56,474 nucleotides of DNA from NCBI GenBank assembly GCA_030596105.1, contig JAUVKU010000001.1, positions 1 through 56,474 of the forward strand, in the 5' to 3' direction. The translations under genes and the position numbers were made by a program. Of this stretch, positions 9,131-17,548 are shown in pieces (position 1 is the first letter of the stretch; each line of letters begins with the position of its first letter). Origin of the DNA: a bacterium. Lineage in GTDB: Bacteria > Patescibacteriota > Minisyncoccia > Minisyncoccales > DAOVPY01. The notes under the pieces were generated by a model that was given only the letters and a program-made list of their open reading frames with translations, ran no database searches and had not been told where the DNA came from.

Positions 9131-9835
9131 ATGGACGAATTTGAAAAATGGATGGATGTTGCGGACAAAGAGTATAAAAATGGAGATTATGTTGCGTCTC
9201 GCAAAATGGCGGATTTTGCAATATTTTTCGCAAAAATGCCAAAAAATTTTGCAAAAGCTTTTAACAGAAGGGCACGAGCTAAAAGATATATCGCTTTTAA
9301 AACAGAAGATAAAATACCGAAAGAAATAATGTATATGTCGGCAAGACAAGATTGGGAGACGGTTATAAATATCTCGGGCGACATAGATGTAGAAATAAAA
9401 ATATCTGCCATAAAAGGCATAATGTTGCTTCCGGGCGAAGACATTGAACTTCTATATAATTTTGGAAACAAAATTATAGAAGATCAAGCTTCCAATTGGA
9501 AAGAAAAAAGAAACCTAATCGGGGAATTGGGAAACTCGTATGGAATTGAAGTCCGAAAAACTGACCCATTAGCCGCAAAAAGAATTTTTTTAAACCATTA
9601 TGCCTTAATTAACAAAAAAACCCTTATTGCTGGTCACTTAGCTCATAATGCCGGAACATGCTTTTTAATGCTAAGAAATGAAGAAAGCAATGAATCGGAA
9701 AAGAGATACTATCTTGCTTTATCAGCCATAAGATGGTTGCATCAAGCATTAGAAGATTACCCCGTTGATCAAGTAACGCACATAAAAACGGTTGAGAATA
9801 AAATATACGATGCAAGAGACGGAATTGAACCTTAA
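9131..9835 (+). CDS. Hypothetical alpha-helical (TPR-like) protein
   Basis: ATG at 9131 preceded by AAGGAG SD; AFNRRARAKRY..A..DW and LAHNAGTCFL resemble TPR helices. Confidence 0.65.
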   Translation: MDEFEKWMDVADKEYKNGDYVASRKMADFAIFFAKMPKNFAKAFNRRARAKRYIAFKTEDKIPKEIMYMSARQDWETVINISGDIDVEIKISAIKGIMLLPGEDIELLYNFGNKIIEDQASNWKEKRNLIGELGNSYGIEVRKTDPLAAKRIFLNHYALINKKTLIAGHLAHNAGTCFLMLRNEESNESEKRYYLALSAIRWLHQALEDYPVDQVTHIKTVENKIYDARDGIEP

Positions 9836-9884
9836 AAATTAATCATTCTTTTTTTGCATAAAAATAGGAGGTGAAAAATAAAAA

Positions 9885-10067
9885 ATGAAAATAATAAGAT
9901 ACTCAATGGATGAGGAATATATGCTAACGCAAACAATAAGGACTTCTACAGATTGGGCAATCCTTAAAAACGCCTATGAAAAGCGCGCAGTTATAAAAAA
10001 ACAAAAGAACGACATAGAAGGCGCTGAAATGGATGAGGCGGCCGCAAAACAAATGTTTCAAGAATAG
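9885..10067 (+). CDS. Small hypothetical protein with a TPR-like motif
   Basis: Strong SD GGAGGTGA; AYEKRAVIKKQKNDIEGAEMD resembles one TPR unit. Confidence 0.6.
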   Translation: MKIIRYSMDEEYMLTQTIRTSTDWAILKNAYEKRAVIKKQKNDIEGAEMDEAAAKQMFQE

Positions 10068-10093
10068 CCAACAGCGATGATAACAAAATTTAA

Positions 10094-10124
10094 AAATACC
10101 CGGCAGAAGCTGGGTTATTTATTT
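10094..10124 (+). terminator. Putative terminator
   Basis: ACCCGGC-AGAA-GCTGGGT then TATTTATTT. Confidence 0.5.
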
Positions 10125-10157
10125 ACAAAAATTAAAATATCTTATAGAATATATGTA

Positions 10158-10739
10158 ATGGCTATTCCAGCAAAAATACTTAATTATTTAAACAAGTCAA
10201 AGATTAAATACGATTTGGCAAAGCATAAAATTGTTTATACTGCTTACGATAAAGCAGCCACGCTAAAAGTGCCTGAAAAAACTATCTGTAAAACATTGAT
10301 AGTAAAAACAGACAAAACATATAATTTAGTTTTAATTCCCGCTAATAAAAATTTAGATAAAATAAAATTTAAAAAAATATTAAACAACGAACAAAAGAAA
10401 ACTGGAGGGAAAATAGCAAAAACCATTGACTTTGCGACAGAATTATGGATAAAGAAAAATATAAAAGGCATAAAACTCGGAGCAATACCTCCTTTTGGAA
10501 AACTATGGAAACTGCCAGTATTTATAGAAAAAACACTACTAAAAGAACGAGAGATTGTTGTTAATAGTGGAGACCATAGATGGTCAATAAAAATTGACTT
10601 GAACAATTTTAAAAAAGCGATTCCCGATTTAATAGCTGAAAACTTTAGTCAAGCAAAAAAAATAAAAAAGATAAAGAAAGCGAAACCTAAAAAGAAAATA
10701 AAAATACGACCAACAACAAAAGCGAAAAAAAAGTTATAA
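10158..10739 (+). CDS. YbaK/ProX-family aminoacyl-tRNA editing protein with Lys-rich tail
   Basis: H..VYTA...A, ICKTLIVK, GAIPPFG, NSG.H motifs; ATG at 10158. Confidence 0.85.
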   Translation: MAIPAKILNYLNKSKIKYDLAKHKIVYTAYDKAATLKVPEKTICKTLIVKTDKTYNLVLIPANKNLDKIKFKKILNNEQKKTGGKIAKTIDFATELWIKKNIKGIKLGAIPPFGKLWKLPVFIEKTLLKEREIVVNSGDHRWSIKIDLNNFKKAIPDLIAENFSQAKKIKKIKKAKPKKKIKIRPTTKAKKKL

Positions 10740-10773
10740 AGAAAAAGACAAAGCCCAAAAAAAAATAGTATTT

Positions 10774-10807
10774 GAGCGGGTAGTTCAGCGGCTAGAACGC
10801 TGCTCTG
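10774..10807 (+). pseudogene. 5' half-copy of tRNA-Ile (positions 1-34)
   Basis: 33/34 identical to 10826-10859, ending at anticodon base G34. Confidence 0.85.
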
Positions 10808-10825
10808 CACAATAAAATTTTTGGT

Positions 10826-10901
10826 GGGCGGGTAGTTCAGCGGCTAGAACGCTGCTCTGATAAAGCAGAGGTCGAAGGTTCGATTCCTTCTCCGCCCACC
10901 A
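10826..10901 (+). tRNA. tRNA-Ile(GAT), CCA encoded
   Basis: Acceptor GGGCGGG/TCCGCCC, anticodon arm CTGCT-CTGATAA-AGCAG, T arm GAAGG-TTCGATT-CCTTC. Confidence 0.96.
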
Positions 10902-10935
10902 AAGATTTTTTGGACACCGAGCATAGCGAGAGGTC

Positions 10936-11002
10936 ATAAAGCAGAGGTCGAAGGTTCGATTCCTTCTTTACCTAACCAAAGATTTTTTGGACACCGAGCA
11001 TA
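10936..11002 (+). pseudogene. 3' half-copy of tRNA-Ile plus duplicated trailer
   Basis: Repeats 10860-10925 starting at A35; acceptor strand decayed (TTTACCT vs TCCGCCC); trailer ACCAAAGATTTTTTGGACACCGAGCATA duplicated. Confidence 0.85.
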
Positions 11003-11034
11003 TCCTTCTTTACCCAACAAGGATAATTTTAAAA

Positions 11035-11107
11035 GGGCCGTTGGCTCAGTTGGTAGAGCGCCTCGTTTGCAACGAGGAGGTCGCCAGTTCGAATCTGGCA
11101 CGGTCCA
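11035..11107 (+). tRNA. tRNA-Ala(TGC), CCA not encoded
   Basis: Acceptor GGGCCGT/ACGGTCC with G3:U70, anticodon arm CCTCG-TTTGCAA-CGAGG, T loop TTCGAAT. Confidence 0.96.
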
Positions 11108-11260
11108 CAATAATAAATTTAACCGCCTTGCCCCCACAGGGCTCGGCGGACAAATTTATAAAAAAATCCAAAATTTTTGAAATCAATTTAGTAATGCTTG
11201 TGGACAAAATCCAAACCTTTCTTGATAATAAGTTCTAACCTTATCTGTCAAACACCAGCA

Positions 11261-11300
11261 TAAAAATCGCCCCAACAAATGAATTGGGCGATTTTTTATT
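11261..11300 (+). terminator. Putative terminator after the tRNA cluster
   Basis: AAAAATCGCCC...GGGCGATTTTTT. Confidence 0.65.
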
Positions 11301-11407
11301 AAAAAAGTTATCCACAGCACAAATCTTTTTATTATATGCTATAATAAAATAAACTTTTTAACAAAGGTCGGATCAAATTAAAATAATATAAAAACAATTT
11401 TAAAATT

Positions 11408-12088
11408 ATGATTAATTCAAACTGGTTAGTTACAACACAAGAAGCGTTTCAAAATCTTTTAGCGGGATTGATAGAATTTATCCCCACTATTGTTGGAGCG
11501 ATTATTATGTTGACCGTTGGTTGGTTTATTTCCGTTGGAATAGGCAAGTTAATTGCTAAAATTTTAGAAAAAATAAAATTTAACCAATTTCTTGAAAAAG
11601 CGGGATGGAAATCCACATTTGATAAAGCCGAAATTAAAGTTGATGCAACAAATTTCATAGGCGCTATTTTCAAATGGATCTTATTCATTGTTTTCTTGTT
11701 AGCGGCTGTAGATATTTTAGGCCTAAAACAATTTGCAAATTTTCTGACAAACATTCTTAACTATCTTCCGAATGTAGCAATTGCAACCTTAATTTTTGTT
11801 ACAACCGTAATTATTGCTGACATCGCAGAAAAAATAGCAAGAGCAGGAGTAGAAGGAATAAAAATAGGATATAGCAATATGGTTGCTATAATTGTAAAAT
11901 GGTCAATTTGGATATTTGCTATTTCCGCCATTCTAATACAACTTGGAATTGCTTCAGCATTGATGCTTACATTGTTTACTGGCATCGTTGCATTCTTGGT
12001 GATAGCGGGTGGATTGGCTTTTGGATTTGGAGGAAAAGATGTGGCAGCTGAAATCTTACGAGATTTACAAAAAAAAATCAAGAAATAA
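11408..12088 (+). CDS. MscS/CmpX-type TM-helix repeat membrane protein
   Basis: FIP.IVGAII...VGW, YLPNV..A, GLAFGFGGKD.A motifs. Confidence 0.85.
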   Translation: MINSNWLVTTQEAFQNLLAGLIEFIPTIVGAIIMLTVGWFISVGIGKLIAKILEKIKFNQFLEKAGWKSTFDKAEIKVDATNFIGAIFKWILFIVFLLAAVDILGLKQFANFLTNILNYLPNVAIATLIFVTTVIIADIAEKIARAGVEGIKIGYSNMVAIIVKWSIWIFAISAILIQLGIASALMLTLFTGIVAFLVIAGGLAFGFGGKDVAAEILRDLQKKIKK

Positions 12089-12109
12089 ACAAAAGATTAC
12101 AGCACGAAT

Positions 12110-12150
12110 AAAATACAAAGAGGTTATTTTTAATAACCTCTTTGTATTTT
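12110..12150. terminator. Perfect 19-bp hairpin, probable terminator
   Basis: AAAATACAAAGAGGTTATT-TTT-AATAACCTCTTTGTATTTT. Confidence 0.7.
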
Positions 12151-12260
12151 TTATACTAATATCATATTAATAAATTAAAACGCACGATCCAATTAGTTAA
12201 AACGTCCAAAATAATTAAAATTCACAGTCATAATTTTTTATAAATTATAGCCACAAACTA

Positions 12261-12289
12261 TTGACAAAACTATAAAAAAGATTTATTAT
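12261..12289 (+). promoter_or_regulatory. Putative sigma70 promoter
   Basis: TTGACA-17 nt-TATTAT. Confidence 0.6.
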
Positions 12290-12326
12290 AATAATACAGT
12301 AAATTAAAATAAAAAGGTGATAAAAA

Positions 12327-12812
12327 ATGGCAGAAAATAACATGAAAGACATAAATACCGAGATGGCAGAGGCGATGAATAAACAAAAGGACGCAATGGT
12401 TAAGATGTATATTGGCGAAGAGATTAACAAAGAAGAATTTGCTCAGGGCATAAAAACAACGAATGAAGAAATGCTGGAAGAAATGCTGGAAGGAACAAAA
12501 AAGCAAATTGAAAATGTAAAAGCGGAAAAGGATTTTTTCATCAGAATGGCTCTGATAGAGCAAATAAAGAATGGAACACATCATGTAACCGATCTCGCCC
12601 TGAAGAATCTTTTAATTCTTCGTAACGCATTATCTCTTCCAGAAGAGATAGTCCCAAGATTTTTCAAGAAACAAACAAGCGAAAACAAGTACACCTACGC
12701 CTTTTATGCAAACGAACAAGTAGAAAGGGCAATAAAAGAAATAATGAATGGCCAAGTGCCACAACAGATGACCAAACCATCAACCCCACAAGCGGGCATA
12801 GAATTCGGATAA
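12327..12812 (+). CDS. Hypothetical protein
   Basis: 161-aa ORF with AGGTGA SD and its own promoter; no family recognised. Confidence 0.75.
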   Translation: MAENNMKDINTEMAEAMNKQKDAMVKMYIGEEINKEEFAQGIKTTNEEMLEEMLEGTKKQIENVKAEKDFFIRMALIEQIKNGTHHVTDLALKNLLILRNALSLPEEIVPRFFKKQTSENKYTYAFYANEQVERAIKEIMNGQVPQQMTKPSTPQAGIEFG

Positions 12813-12956
12813 TAATATCCAAAAAAAATATAAAGTTAGGCAAAGAAATTTGCCTTTTTATTTTGCAAAATTTTTTAAAATTCACAAAATTCAAACTGTT
12901 CATATTAACAATTCTGTGGTATATTAAAATTGTTAAATAATCATAATAATCCATAA

Positions 12957-14108
12957 ATGACTATCGATAGTTTTTTAAACAAAAAATTGTTTTTTTCTAT
13001 TATTTTGGGCTTATTTTTAATTCCTTGTTTTGTTTTTGCTCAAAAAACAGTAGAGATTGATTTTTTTTATGGAAATGGCTGTCCGCACTGTGCTGATGAA
13101 CAAAATTTTTTGAATATTCTTGAACAAAAATATCCAGAAGTTAAAATTAATTATTATTCTATTAACGATTTAGAAAGCAGAAAATTACTAACAAGTCTTT
13201 GCGTAAAACACGATGTTAAAAAATACTTAGGATCCATACCAATGACCTTTATTAACGAAGATTTTATTTTAGGATTTAACAAAGTAGAAACAACTGGGAT
13301 AGAAATTGAAGATTCAATCAAAAGACAATTAAAACAAACGATTGAAAAAGAAAAAGAAAAAGAAAAAATTCATATCCCTATTTTAGGAGAAGTTGATGCC
13401 GAAAGATACTCTTTACCAGTTTTAACTATTATTTTGGGAACATTAGATGGATTTAATGTGTGTTCTCTTGGTGCTCTTGTTTTCATATTGGGAATGGTGC
13501 TCGCATTTCGTTCAAAGAAAAAAACCTTATTATTTGGAGGAATATTTATTATAACTTCAGCGATAACTTATGGTCTTTTGATGATACTATGGTATCAGCT
13601 CTTCTCTTTGCTTGGCGCCTACATTAAGTTTATGCACATATTAATTGGCGTAATAGCAATATCTGGAGGATTATATTTTTTCAAGCAATTTTTAAAATTC
13701 CAAAAACGTGGCGTTGTTTGCGCAATGAATCCAACGGAAGGAATAACTTCAAAACTTACCTCAAACATCCAAAAAATATTTAAAAATCCTAAAAATACTT
13801 TCACAATTATTGGAGCAACTTTAGCTTTTGCTATTCTGATAACAATTACAGAATTTCCCTGTTCAGCAATAACACCCGTTATTTATACTGGAATTTTAGC
13901 TCAGGCAGACCTATCTTCTCTTCAATATACGCTGTTTATAGCATTGTTCGTGCTTTTCTATATGATAGACGAATTTATCGTATTTTTAGTAGCCGTATTT
14001 ACGATGAAACTTTGGCTTACTTCACAAAAATTTATCACATATGCTACTTTAATTGGAGCTATCATTTTAATATCTTTAGGATCTTATTATTTATTAACAT
14101 CTATTTAA
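12957..14108 (+). CDS. Thioredoxin/glutaredoxin-like domain fused to a DsbD/CcdA-like membrane domain
   Basis: Signal/TM segment, GCPHC motif, DGFNVC and EFPC membrane cysteines, several TM helices. Confidence 0.8.
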   Translation: MTIDSFLNKKLFFSIILGLFLIPCFVFAQKTVEIDFFYGNGCPHCADEQNFLNILEQKYPEVKINYYSINDLESRKLLTSLCVKHDVKKYLGSIPMTFINEDFILGFNKVETTGIEIEDSIKRQLKQTIEKEKEKEKIHIPILGEVDAERYSLPVLTIILGTLDGFNVCSLGALVFILGMVLAFRSKKKTLLFGGIFIITSAITYGLLMILWYQLFSLLGAYIKFMHILIGVIAISGGLYFFKQFLKFQKRGVVCAMNPTEGITSKLTSNIQKIFKNPKNTFTIIGATLAFAILITITEFPCSAITPVIYTGILAQADLSSLQYTLFIALFVLFYMIDEFIVFLVAVFTMKLWLTSQKFITYATLIGAIILISLGSYYLLTSI

Positions 14109-14129
14109 AAACAAACACAAAACAATACT

Positions 14130-14339
14130 ATGGAGAATAAAATTACGAAAGACACAACACTTGCTAAAATTTTAGAACATAATGGCGCAGAAAAAATTTT
14201 AGAAGAATATGAATTGCCATGCTTACATTGTCCAATGGCGCAACTTGAAATGCACGAATTAACTCTTGGACAAATTTGCAAACAATACAATATTAATTTG
14301 GAAAACTTACTTAAAGCATTAAACGAATTAACTAAATAA
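14130..14339 (+). CDS. DUF1858-family small protein
   Basis: ITKDTTL..IL...LPCLHCPMA..E..TLGQIC..YNINLE.LL..LN. Confidence 0.8.
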   Translation: MENKITKDTTLAKILEHNGAEKILEEYELPCLHCPMAQLEMHELTLGQICKQYNINLENLLKALNELTK

Positions 14340-14349
14340 ATTTTGCTTT

Positions 14350-15171
14350 ATGAACTTAAAAAAAATTTACACGAAAAGGAACGATTGGCAACACAAGGGA
14401 GATTTCGGTTATATTTTAATTGTCGCAGGCGGTAGGATTTATTCTGGCTCGCCAATTTTTAACGCTATGGCTGCTTTGCGAAGTGGAGCTGACTTAACAA
14501 CTATTATTTGTCGTGAACGCACAGCAAATATTGCAGCAAGTTTTTCGCCAGATATTATCGCGCGCCCATTAGATAATGATTTATTGCCAAAACATATTAA
14601 TAAAATCGTTTCTTTATCAAAAAAATTTAATTCTTTAATTATAGGCGGAGGATTAGCACGTGAGCCCAAAACATATAAGGCGATAGGAGAAATAATTAAA
14701 AAAGTTAATTTGCCAATGGTTATTGACGCTGAAGCTATTAGAGCTGTAACCCAAAACAAAGACATATTAAAAGGAAAACAAATAATTTTAACGCCCCATA
14801 TTGAAGAATTTAAAATTTTATCTGGCGAAAATGTAAATCCCGATGAAAAAGACAGAAAAGAAAAAACAGAAAAATTGGCAAAAAATTTGGGAGCAACTAT
14901 TTTATTAAAAGGGCATATTGATATTATTTCTAACGGAGAAAAAACCACCATAAATAAAACAGGTTCACCGTATATGACAAAGGGTGGATTTGGCGACACA
15001 TTGGCTGGAATTTGCGGAACACTTTTGGCCCGAGGCGTTGAACCCTTTGAAGCAGCGGAAACAGCGGCCTATATTAACGGCAAAGCTGGGGAATTGGCAA
15101 CCAAAGAATACGGAGAAGGAGTTTTAGCTAGCGATATTTTCAAATTTATTCCAAAAGTTATAAACAGATAA
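14350..15171 (+). CDS. nnrD: NAD(P)H-hydrate dehydratase
   Basis: HKGDFG, ALRSGAD, VIDAEA, LTPH..EF, GGFGDTLAG. Confidence 0.9.
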   Translation: MNLKKIYTKRNDWQHKGDFGYILIVAGGRIYSGSPIFNAMAALRSGADLTTIICRERTANIAASFSPDIIARPLDNDLLPKHINKIVSLSKKFNSLIIGGGLAREPKTYKAIGEIIKKVNLPMVIDAEAIRAVTQNKDILKGKQIILTPHIEEFKILSGENVNPDEKDRKEKTEKLAKNLGATILLKGHIDIISNGEKTTINKTGSPYMTKGGFGDTLAGICGTLLARGVEPFEAAETAAYINGKAGELATKEYGEGVLASDIFKFIPKVINR

Positions 15172-15177
15172 ATAATT

Positions 15178-15600
15178 ATGGCGAAAAGAATTCCCTTAGT
15201 TGGAATAGGAATAATGATCTTTAGAAAAAATAAAATTTTGCTTGGCAAAAGAAAAGGATCTCATGGACAAGGAGATTACGCTTTCCCTGGTGGTCATTTA
15301 GATTATATGGAAAATTTTGAAGAGTGTGCTATAAGAGAAATTAAGGAAGAAACTGGAATTAAAGTTAAAAATATCAAATTTCAACTTTTATCAAATATTA
15401 AAAAATTTAATCCAAAACATTATGTCCACATTGGTTTAATTGCCGACCATAAAAATGGCGAACCAAAAATACTTGAACCAGATAAATGCGAAGGCTGGGA
15501 TTGGTATAAATTAGACACATTGCCAAAACCATTATTTTGGCCAACACAAATAGCTATTGATTGCTATAAAAATAAAAAAATATATTTAGATAATCAATAA
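15178..15600 (+). CDS. Nudix hydrolase (NUDT15/MutT-like)
   Basis: Nudix box PGGHL...E....CAIREIKEETG; EPDKCEGWDW. Confidence 0.9.
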   Translation: MAKRIPLVGIGIMIFRKNKILLGKRKGSHGQGDYAFPGGHLDYMENFEECAIREIKEETGIKVKNIKFQLLSNIKKFNPKHYVHIGLIADHKNGEPKILEPDKCEGWDWYKLDTLPKPLFWPTQIAIDCYKNKKIYLDNQ

Positions 15601-15626
15601 TTAATAATTAATCGTAAATAAAAATC

Positions 15627-15884
15627 ATGTTTGAAAAATTAAAACAAATGAAACAGCTTAAAGAATTGCAAGATTCTTTAAAAAACGAACGGGCAGAAGT
15701 TGAAAAACAAGGAGTTAAAATTGTAGTCAATGGCAAAATGGAAATTGAAGAAGTCCAGCTTAACTCAGAATTGGGGAAAGAAGAACAAGAAAAAATTGTT
15801 AAGGACTGCATTAATGAAGCAATGAAAAAAGTTCAATTTATCGCTGCTCAAAAAATGTCACAAATGCCAGGATTCGGCCTATAA
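15627..15884 (+). CDS. YbaB/EbfC nucleoid-associated protein
   Basis: QMKQLKELQ..L, GVKIVVNGKMEI, INEAMKK pattern. Confidence 0.85.
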   Translation: MFEKLKQMKQLKELQDSLKNERAEVEKQGVKIVVNGKMEIEEVQLNSELGKEEQEKIVKDCINEAMKKVQFIAAQKMSQMPGFGL

Positions 15885-15899
15885 TAAAAGCTGAATAAT

Positions 15900-16424
15900 A
15901 TGACGATTTTAGAGATAGAAAAAATTTTGAAAAAAGATGGAATTGGAATTTTACCAACAGATACAATCTATGGATTGGTTGGTTCAGCGTTTTCTAAAAA
16001 AGCGATTGAAAAAATTTACAAAATCAAACAAAGAGAAAAAAACAAACCATTTATAATCTTAATTTCATCATTAAAAGACCTAAAATTATTTGGCATAAAA
16101 TTAGACAAAAAAAGAATTGCATTTTTGAAAAAAATATTCTTCGCGAAAACAAGCATTATATTAGAATGCCCAAATAAAAAATTTTCTTATTTACATAAAA
16201 ATAAAAATAGCTTAGCTTTCAGAATGCCCAAAGATTTATGGCTTAAAAAATTGCTTTCAAAAACTGGGCCGCTGGTAGCTCCAAGCGCAAATTTAACTGG
16301 AATGCCCCCATCTGAAACAATAAAACAGGCAAAAAAATATTTTGGAAATAAAATAGATTTTTATTTTGACAAAGGAAAAATAAAAAACAGGCCGTCTATA
16401 ATTTTAGAGATAAAAAGATTTTAA
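15900..16424 (+). CDS. tsaC: L-threonylcarbamoyladenylate synthase (TsaC/YrdC)
   Basis: PTDTIYGL, K.R..NKP, APSAN.TG. Confidence 0.92.
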   Translation: MTILEIEKILKKDGIGILPTDTIYGLVGSAFSKKAIEKIYKIKQREKNKPFIILISSLKDLKLFGIKLDKKRIAFLKKIFFAKTSIILECPNKKFSYLHKNKNSLAFRMPKDLWLKKLLSKTGPLVAPSANLTGMPPSETIKQAKKYFGNKIDFYFDKGKIKNRPSIILEIKRF

Positions 16425-16427
16425 ACA

Positions 16428-16603
16428 GAGATAATTGTCAAAATTCTTCCGTAACGAAATTTCAAATTTTTGAGAAAAACAAAAAAGGCAAGTAAAAGGA
16501 TTTGAACCGTAGCATCGCTACGGAGAAAATCCTTTTACACAGCCTGACGAAGTTGTAGCCAAAAATATGAAATTGTAGTAGAAAAAATTTTTACAATCAT
16601 CTC
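16428..16603 (+). repeat. Structured intergenic repeat, copy A (176 nt; MITE/REP-like or ncRNA)
   Basis: Terminal IR GAGATAATTGT...ACAATCATCTC; aligns end to end with the reverse complement of 49293-49468. Confidence 0.85.
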
Positions 16604-16610
16604 AAACAAT

Positions 16611-16832
16611 ATGCTAATAAAAATCAAGGCGTTTCCAAGCTCAAACAAAGAAGAAATAATCAAAAAAGAAGAAGATAGTTTTGAAATTAAAATAAAAGAG
16701 CCACCATTACAGGGAATGGCAAATAAAGCCATAATTAAAGCCCTATCTTTGTATTTCAAAATTCCCGTGAAAAAAATTAGAATGATTAAGGGCTTCAGAG
16801 AAAGAAACAAAATTTTTGATATAAATATTTAA
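16611..16832 (+). CDS. DUF167 (YggU) family protein
   Basis: IKIKAFP.S, EPP.QG.AN.AII..LS, G...RNK. Confidence 0.85.
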   Translation: MLIKIKAFPSSNKEEIIKKEEDSFEIKIKEPPLQGMANKAIIKALSLYFKIPVKKIRMIKGFRERNKIFDINI

Positions 16833-16837
16833 AGACA

Positions 16838-17548
16838 ATGAACCTTTTAGAAATAAAAAATTTAAAAGCTCGGGCGAACGAAAAAGCCGTTCTAATGGGG
16901 GTTAATTTAGAAATAAAACAAGGAGAAGTCTGCGCGCTTTTAGGTCCAAACGCCTGTGGTAAAAGTAGTTTAGCGCAAATAATTTCTGGCAACCCAAAAT
17001 ATAAAATCATTGAAGGCAAAATCCTTTTTAAGGGAAAAAGTATCGCTAATTTTGCTCCAGAAAAAAGAGTAAAATTAGGCATTGCTTTAACATGGCAAAA
17101 CCCGCCTTCCGTGAAAGGGGTTAAATTTTCTCAACTTTTTAAAACAACGCTAAAAACAAAAAAGAGATTTCCGTGGACTCAAGAATTTTTAGAGAGAGAA
17201 ATTAATGTTGATTTTTCGGGTGGAGAAAAAAAGATGTCAGAATTATTCCAAGTTTTATTTCTAAACCCCAAAATAGTAATTTTTGATGAAATTGATTCTG
17301 GTTTGGATATTAAAAAATTAGAAATTGCCGCAAAAATAATTAAAAAAGAATTTGTCGCAAAAAATATTGCGGTTTTACTAATAACGCATTCTGGAGAAAT
17401 TTTGAAATTTCTAAAACCTGATTTTACTAGTGTTATGGTGTGTGGTAAAATTATTTGTAAAGAAAAGGGTCATAAAAAAACTCTCGCAACAATTAAAAAA
17501 CACGACTATGAAAAATGCAGAAAATGTTTATTGGCAGATAGACAATAG
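16838..17548 (+). CDS. sufC: Fe-S assembly ATPase SufC (SmsC-like)
   Basis: GPNACGKS, FSGGEKK.SE, DEIDSGLD, C-terminal C...CRKC. Confidence 0.88.
   Translation: MNLLEIKNLKARANEKAVLMGVNLEIKQGEVCALLGPNACGKSSLAQIISGNPKYKIIEGKILFKGKSIANFAPEKRVKLGIALTWQNPPSVKGVKFSQLFKTTLKTKKRFPWTQEFLEREINVDFSGGEKKMSELFQVLFLNPKIVIFDEIDSGLDIKKLEIAAKIIKKEFVAKNIAVLLITHSGEILKFLKPDFTSVMVCGKIICKEKGHKKTLATIKKHDYEKCRKCLLADRQ

Noticed and set aside
10926..10978. Functional tRNA with CAT anticodon formed from the 3' fragment
   Set aside because: TCATAA is present, but there is no D arm or matching anticodon-stem 5' strand, and the acceptor strand is decayed.
10934..11238. ORFs 10934-11137 (-) and 10987-11238 (+)
   Set aside because: They overlap tRNA-Ala and the tRNA-Ile fragments, so they are shadow ORFs.
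16540..16575. Hammerhead ribozyme in repeat copy A (CTGACGA...GAAA)
   Set aside because: The sister copy has CCGACGA and the required stem II is not evident.
16423..16608. 5-bp target-site duplication AAACA around copy A
   Set aside because: Present only for this copy. Copy B has similar but non-duplicated flanks, so it may be chance or part of the element.
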